Assembly: GCA_051294375.1 (NCBI GenBank)
Contig: CM119263.1
Coordinates: forward strand, 29,191,997 to 29,255,996
Length of the DNA: 64,000 bases
Reading direction: 5' to 3'
DNA from: Paraspadella gotoi
Taxonomy: Eukaryota > Animalia > Chaetognatha
Part shown: positions 57,777-64,000 of the stretch, in pieces
Layout of the letters: every line of letters begins with the position of its first letter
How positions within the stretch are numbered: position 1 is the first letter of the stretch
Program-made: the position numbers and the translations under genes
Notes under the pieces: generated by a model
What the model saw: only the letters and a program-made list of their open reading frames with translations
What the model was told of the DNA's origin: nothing
Database searches by the model: none

Positions 57777-58076
57777 TTCTTTCTCTTGGTCTCGCTCTCT
57801 ATTTGTTTTTTACGCTGCACTCATGTCAAAAATTTAATAATTAAAAAATTATAAACCTCTATCTCTCCCTCTCTCTCTCTCCCCCTCCCTCACCCCTCTT
57901 TTTTATAATTCACGGATGTCGGTTCATTTTTAGTTTTAAATAACACGTCGTCGTCGTCGTCGTCGTCGTCGTCTGCGTCGTGCGATCCGAACAAATCGAG
58001 CGACAAAACGAAAAAACGGGTCACGAGAAGAAATTAGAGCAAATAATTTTTTTTTCTTGTCTTTATCTTGATTATC

Positions 58077-58162
<86 letters not shown>

Positions 58163-58467
58163 TAAGAAAATAAAAAAGTAAATGTAAGATTTAAAAATTT
58201 TAAACAAATTTGCAGAGGTAAAAGGAAATTGCGTAAATTTTTGTTTAAATGTAAAAATTCATAAAAGCAAACAAAATTTTAATTTTTACATAAATTACAA
58301 CGAGCACAACGAACAGAACGAACAATTTACCGGCAAAAAAAAGCCCGAAGGTTATAAAAAAAAAGAAGAACATGAAATGTAAAAGAAAAAAAAATTTTCC
58401 TGATTTTTATTTTTCTCTGAATTTAGAGGCGTAACCATTTCAGAGGCGGTAAAGACTTAAGTGGTCC

Positions 58468-58504
58468 TTTTTTAGTTGCGCCGCGAGTACTCGCGGAGCA
58501 ACTC
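58468..58504 (-). mobile_element. Second copy of the Helentron/DINE-like terminal palindrome, running into the gap
   Basis: TTTTTAGTTGCGCCGCGAGTACTCGCGGAGCAACTC is nearly the reverse complement of 41346-41382. Confidence 0.65.
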
Positions 58505-58963
58505 NNNNNNNNNNNNNNNNNNNNNNNNNNNNNNNNNNNNNNNNNNNNNNNNNNNNNNNNNNNNNNNNNNNNNNNNNNNNNNNNNNNNNNNNNNNNNNNN
58601 NNNNNNNNNNNNNNNNNNNNNNNNNNNNNNNNNNNNNNNNNNNNNNNNNNNNNNNNNNNNNNNNNNNNNNNNNNNNNNNNNNNNNNNNNNNNNNNNNNNN
58701 NNNNNNNNNNNNNNNNNNNNNNNNNNNNNNNNNNNNNNNNNNNNNNNNNNNNNNNNNNNNNNNNNNNNNNNNNNNNNNNNNNNNNNNNNNNNNNNNNNNN
58801 NNNNNNNNNNNNNNNNNNNNNNNNNNNNNNNNNNNNNNNNNNNNNNNNNNNNNNNNNNNNNNNNNNNNNNNNNNNNNNNNNNNNNNNNNNNNNNNNNNNN
58901 NNNNNNNNNNNNNNNNNNNNNNNNNNNNNNNNNNNNNNNNNNNNNNNNNNNNNNNNNNNNNNN
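58505..58963. other. Assembly gap
   Basis: Run of N. Confidence 1.
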
Positions 58964-59044
58964 TTTCTTTCTCCTACTCTTTCTTTATTTCTTTCTTTCT
59001 TTCACCCTTTGTTCCTTTCTATCTTATTTTTACTTTTTCTTATT

Positions 59045-59108
<64 letters not shown>

Positions 59109-59272
59109 GCTTTCTTTCTATCTTTCTTTCTATCTCTCTTTCTCTCCTATCTCAATATCATCATAATCTCTTCTCTTGTTGCTCGAAATTTGATTTATTC
59201 TTTTTCTTCAAATTTCATGGACAAAAAACTTCGGCTTAAGATCGAGAGTCACCCACGCTACTAGTGTTGGGT

Positions 59273-59355
<83 letters not shown>

Positions 59356-59706
59356 TCCGTCACCCCTGGGTTTATTGACCGAGGTTACATGAATTATAAT
59401 TATTTTTGATGACATAAACCTTTAATTAACGGCAAAATGTTAAAAGTTTTAATTTCGATCGAATTATGTATAATTATGTATAATTTAAAATTTCTTTTTC
59501 GCCAGCATTTACTCCTTAACAAATTGAAATATTTGTAATAATTCTAAAAATGTTCGAAAAATATAACTAATACACCTAAGTTTACATTGCGTATTACATT
59601 GCGAATACTGATACAGCACCGGACCATAAAAAATGTCAACCCATGGATTTCTTCGCGAACGATTATTCATTTTTTTACAATAATGTAAAACGAATTTACA
59701 TTTAGT

Positions 59707-59752
<46 letters not shown>

Positions 59753-60465
59753 ACCCTCTTCCCTTTTCCCCCTTTTTGACTCGTTAACAAGGCTTGCGCC
59801 GAGTCTCGGCTTCTGTAGTTGAATAACCACTACAACCCAGAGCGCAGAATCACAACCTCTTCCTCCTCCTCCTCCTCCTCCTCCTCTTTTCTCGTCTGTT
59901 CCATCTTGTTCCTCATTCTCGTCCAGAGCGAGAACAGGGTTTTCAATCTCACGAGAAAAAAAAATCGTCCAAAAAATTATATTAAATTTATATTTTTAAT
60001 TTGACGCCTCGATTTTTTTTTTCTTTTTCGAAATTAAAAATAATCTTTTTCTCTCTCTCTTTCTCCCTTTTTCTTTTTAAAAGAGTGTGTGTGTGTCTCT
60101 CTCTCACTCTCGCTATCCATTTCTCTCTCTCTCTCTCTCTGCTTCAACCTCCTCTTCTTTAGAATCTTCTTCTTCCTCTTCATCTTCCTCCTCCTCCTCC
60201 TCCTCCTCCTCCTCCTCTTCTTTCTCAGACCGGTGAATGAAATGTTCAGTTTTGTCTTGTCCTTCTCAGTTTAATGTTACGTACGATGTTATAAAGAAAA
60301 AAAATAAAATAAAAATAAATAAATAAATTAAAAAAAAGAATAAAATTTTGGATCTTCTTTTTTCCCCGTTATTTTTTTGTTCTCTCTCTCTCTCTTCTCG
60401 TCGTCATCTCTCCCCTGTCCTCTCTCTCCCTTGCCTCCTCCTCCTCCTCTCTCTCTCTTCTCTCG

Positions 60466-60496
<31 letters not shown>

Positions 60497-60589
60497 TCTC
60501 TCTCACTCATATATCTTTTTCGAAATTCAAGCGCGGACCCTTCGGGCGAATTTTCGCGAAAAAAAGAGAGAGAATTGCGCAACCATACA

Positions 60590-61025
60590 AAAATCGAATG
60601 CCGCAAGTCTGGGGCATTAAAAGCCGAAAATTTATAGCATCAAATGCCGAAAGTTTGAAGCATCTAATGCCGCAAGTTTGGAGCATCGAATGCCGAAATT
60701 TTCTTTATCGGTTGATGCCGAAGTTTGGTTGTATTTATTTCCGATGCTCTGAGCATCAAATTCTGAAATTTGGATCATGACATGTTTAAAAATGATTATA
60801 TGTGATTAGAAGTTGTTAAATAAAAAAAAATTATAAGTTGAACATATATTTTTTAAACTCAAACTAATTTATGAAAAAAAAATTAAGCAAAAGATATTTA
60901 TCATATTAAAAGTTTTAAAGTCAAAGTCTCTTTTGAAATGTTTGAAGCAACAAGTTCGGAAGTTTGAGGCATCAAATACTGAAGTTTGCAGCGTCAAATG
61001 CCGTAGTTCGAAGCATTAAATACTG
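60590..61025. repeat. Degenerate ~22-bp repeat (ATGCCG(C)AAGTTTGGAGCATCAA) in two blocks
   Basis: Blocks at ~60590-60780 and ~60940-61025. Confidence 0.7.
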
Positions 61026-61854
61026 CGTGAATCCCAAATGTTTTCTCTCTCATTTTGTCGGAAAATTAATCAATTGTAAATCGTAAAAAAAAGTGATTCT
61101 GTGCACTGTAAATTTTGACTGACTTTTCCTCCCTCTCTCTCTCTCTCTCCTCTTCACACAAAAAAAAAATCAAAGTAACCTCGACGGCTTAACATTTTTT
61201 CCCTGTCCTTTTTCAATTTTTAGTGCCCTGCCTGTTCGAACGGCCTTCTAACTTTCATCATGAAATCTTCTAATCTGCAAAAGGGAAAATCAAAACCACA
61301 TTTTTCGTGAAATTTTTTTTTTAAGAAGAAAGAAAAAACTAAAAAAAAAATACAACGAAAGTCGTGTTACGACGTGCGAAAAAAAAAAAACCCCAACCAA
61401 AAAACGTCAAAACGAAACATAAGTGGTACTAATTTTGCTCCAAAATTGACTTTTTCACAGGAAAGAAAAACAAAAAAATAATTACGAAATAATAAACTTT
61501 TTTTACAAAATAAAAAACTCAACTTTCGAGTCGCTAAATCTTCGTCTGTCGAGAGGAAGGATTCGCCGGGAAAATATTTGAAATGTAAGTAAACAATTGA
61601 TTAGTATCGATTTGTATGGATATTGGTTCTTTTATCTTTTAAGTCGGAGATTTTAACAAACTTTTATTTCACATATCTCTTTCTCTCTCACGCACACACG
61701 ACGTCGCACCCTTCTAGGACTAAGTTACTCTCCACACTTCTTACTTATGTTACTTATGTTACTTCTCACACATATTTCTGACATAATCAATAAATAATAA
61801 TAATACTAATAATAATAATAAATAATAAATAATATTCAATAATCAACAAATCAA

Positions 61855-62225
61855 TAATCTGCCACAGAGCTCCTCAGTTCCTCAGCTCCTCAGCCCACTA
61901 AAAAGCATTCTCCCACCTCAGAGCCCATACAAGACGCCACTAAGCTCATCCGCCACCACAAAGTCATCTGCCGCCAAGTTCAACTGCAATCACAAAGCCG
62001 ACTATCGCCCTCCCCCCACTCCGCCAAGCTTCTCTGTAACCACAAAGCCCACACTCACAGTCCGTCACACTCCCCCAAGCTCATATGCAACCACTGAGCC
62101 CACACTTACACTCCACCACATTCCGCCGATCTCATCTGCAACCACAAAGCCAACTCAAATTCCACCAACTTCATCTGCAACCACAAAGCCCCGACTCCCA
62201 CGCCACAAAGCTCAACATCCCCCAC
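61855..62225. repeat. Degenerate C/A-rich tandem repeat (CTCATCTGCAACCACAAAGCC-like)
   Basis: The motif recurs about every 45-55 bp. Confidence 0.7.
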
Positions 62226-63565
62226 ACGTTTTGACACGAAATCATCTTCCTCGTTCGGAGGTCGAATCTCGGATTTGAAAAATGACCCAATTTTTTGAGG
62301 GAAAAAAAGGGGAAAAAAGTTGAAAAGGAAAAAAGATGGGGGGAAAAAAAGTAAAATACGGAGATTTAAAAGAGGAACAAATAGGAATAAAAAGAGCATA
62401 AATGGATAAAAAAAAGCACAAAAGAGCACCAAAGAGCATTATAGGAAATAAAATTGTCAAGTCCATTTGAAATTGACTAACAATAAATAAATATAAATAC
62501 TCAAGGGACAAACAGAAATTTGTAATTGAAAGCGAATAAATTATAATAATGGATGGAAAGTAACTGGGAGATAAAGGATGAATGTAAATTTTGAAAACGA
62601 GAGAGAGAGAGAGAGAGAGAGTTTTGCAAATATTTTATCTAATTAAAAATGATATTTCGTCCCCGACAGATCTTCTTCCAAAATTAAAAAAAAAGAAACC
62701 GTCATAAAGAGAATAAGAAGAAGAAAAAGAAGCAAATGAATGGAAAATCAGCGGACGTGGATTCCGCCCGGAGAGGGACGGACGGACGGACGGAGGGACG
62801 GGCGGACGGACGGATAGACTCCTCTCGGTTTCAGGTAAAAATAGAAAATTTAAAAAAAAAAAAAAGGAGAAGGGAGTGAGATAAAATAAAAAGGGGAAAA
62901 ATTAAAAGAAAATTGGGTAAATATCATTGAAAAGTTCAGAAATGCCGAGAGGTAAAAAAAAGGAGAGAGAGTGAGAGAGCGAGACAGAGTGAGAGAGAGA
63001 GAGAAATTTCCACTCTTCCTCTCCCTTCTATCAAATCCAAGAAAAGAAATTGAGAAACAAATGAAGTAATACGGAAATAAACGAACTAATACTAAAACAA
63101 ATGAAGTGATACGGAAATAGATGAACTAATACTAAAACAAATAAAGGGAAAAAATAAGCAAATTTATATTTTCAGTGAAACTTAAATGAAATGTGAAAGA
63201 GACTTTTTTGGCCTTTTTAGTCACAATGAACGGTGAAATCATCACCCTGTCGTTCCATCCACCTATCAGCTTAAAGTCATTAATTAGTTCGAGCCAAGTC
63301 GTGACACGAAAAATATTAAGAGTCGGATTTTAACTCCAGGCACTTATAGACTGCTAGTAAATTTAAAGTTCTAAGTGATAGCTGATTTTAAATAATCGTG
63401 ATCCAGAAATATACATTTTGTTTGATCTGTTGATAACATAAAAATAGAAAGAATATAGAAAGATACATTTCTTAGAATGTCGATACTACTATAAGTAGAA
63501 AGAGCGAGCGATTATTCTGGAAGATTGTAGAGAGAAATCCGTTCCCCTTCGTTCCTTGGGATTCC

Positions 63566-63640
<75 letters not shown>

Positions 63641-64000
63641 AAGGACACGGGAATTTTAAACAAAGAGCGCTTCCCTTTCTCCGTTTTCTCATCCCAGTCT
63701 TGATCAAATTAATCATGTGCCTTTACAATTTTTTTTTACTGCGTAATTGTAAAGTGATCGCAATTAATTTTAACGATGACATTTAGAGTACGTACCTAAA
63801 ACAAAGCAACAAATTCTACTAACACGCAAGTTATGTACAAACAATACAAAAAACCAAATGCACAATCTTTTCTTAATCCCAATTTTCTCACAAGAGAAGA
63901 GAGAGAAAAAAAAAGTTAGGAGTCGAAAAAGAAAAAAAAAAGAAAAGAAAAAAAAGAAGGAAAAAAAAACGAAATGCCAAATTGGCACAACTGGAACCCG

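Overview
AT-rich, microsatellite-dense genomic DNA from an invertebrate animal: spliceosomal introns, CpG-rich exons and three assembly gaps. I cannot identify the species. By joining exons through splice sites and reading phases I reconstruct four genes in the first 34 kb. (1) A 4-exon myostatin/GDF8/11 gene (minus, 322-5282, 493 aa). (2) A 5-exon, mostly low-complexity gene of unknown family (minus, 10573-14723, ~906 aa) with a palindromic RFX X-box upstream. (3) A 3-exon bHLH gene (minus, 16569-18896, ~513 aa) whose HLH is Hand-like but which also carries MyoD-type features, including a displaced GHxGRCLxWxC motif. (4) A 16-exon LRRIQ3 orthologue (plus, 25212-34255, ~914 aa). I found no recognisable coding sequence in the remaining ~30 kb. 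Non-coding elements across the window include tRNA-derived SINEs (one inside a perfect 37-bp inverted repeat), a dispersed MITE-like family, Helentron/DINE-like ends and a Penelope-type minimal hammerhead motif. There is also a ~300-nt multi-hairpin RNA candidate, a 1.9-kb foldback-like pair of inverted 17-bp arrays, and many short GC-richer islands bracketed by complementary (CT)n/(GA)n tracts. Most ORFs in the supplied track are repeat artefacts.
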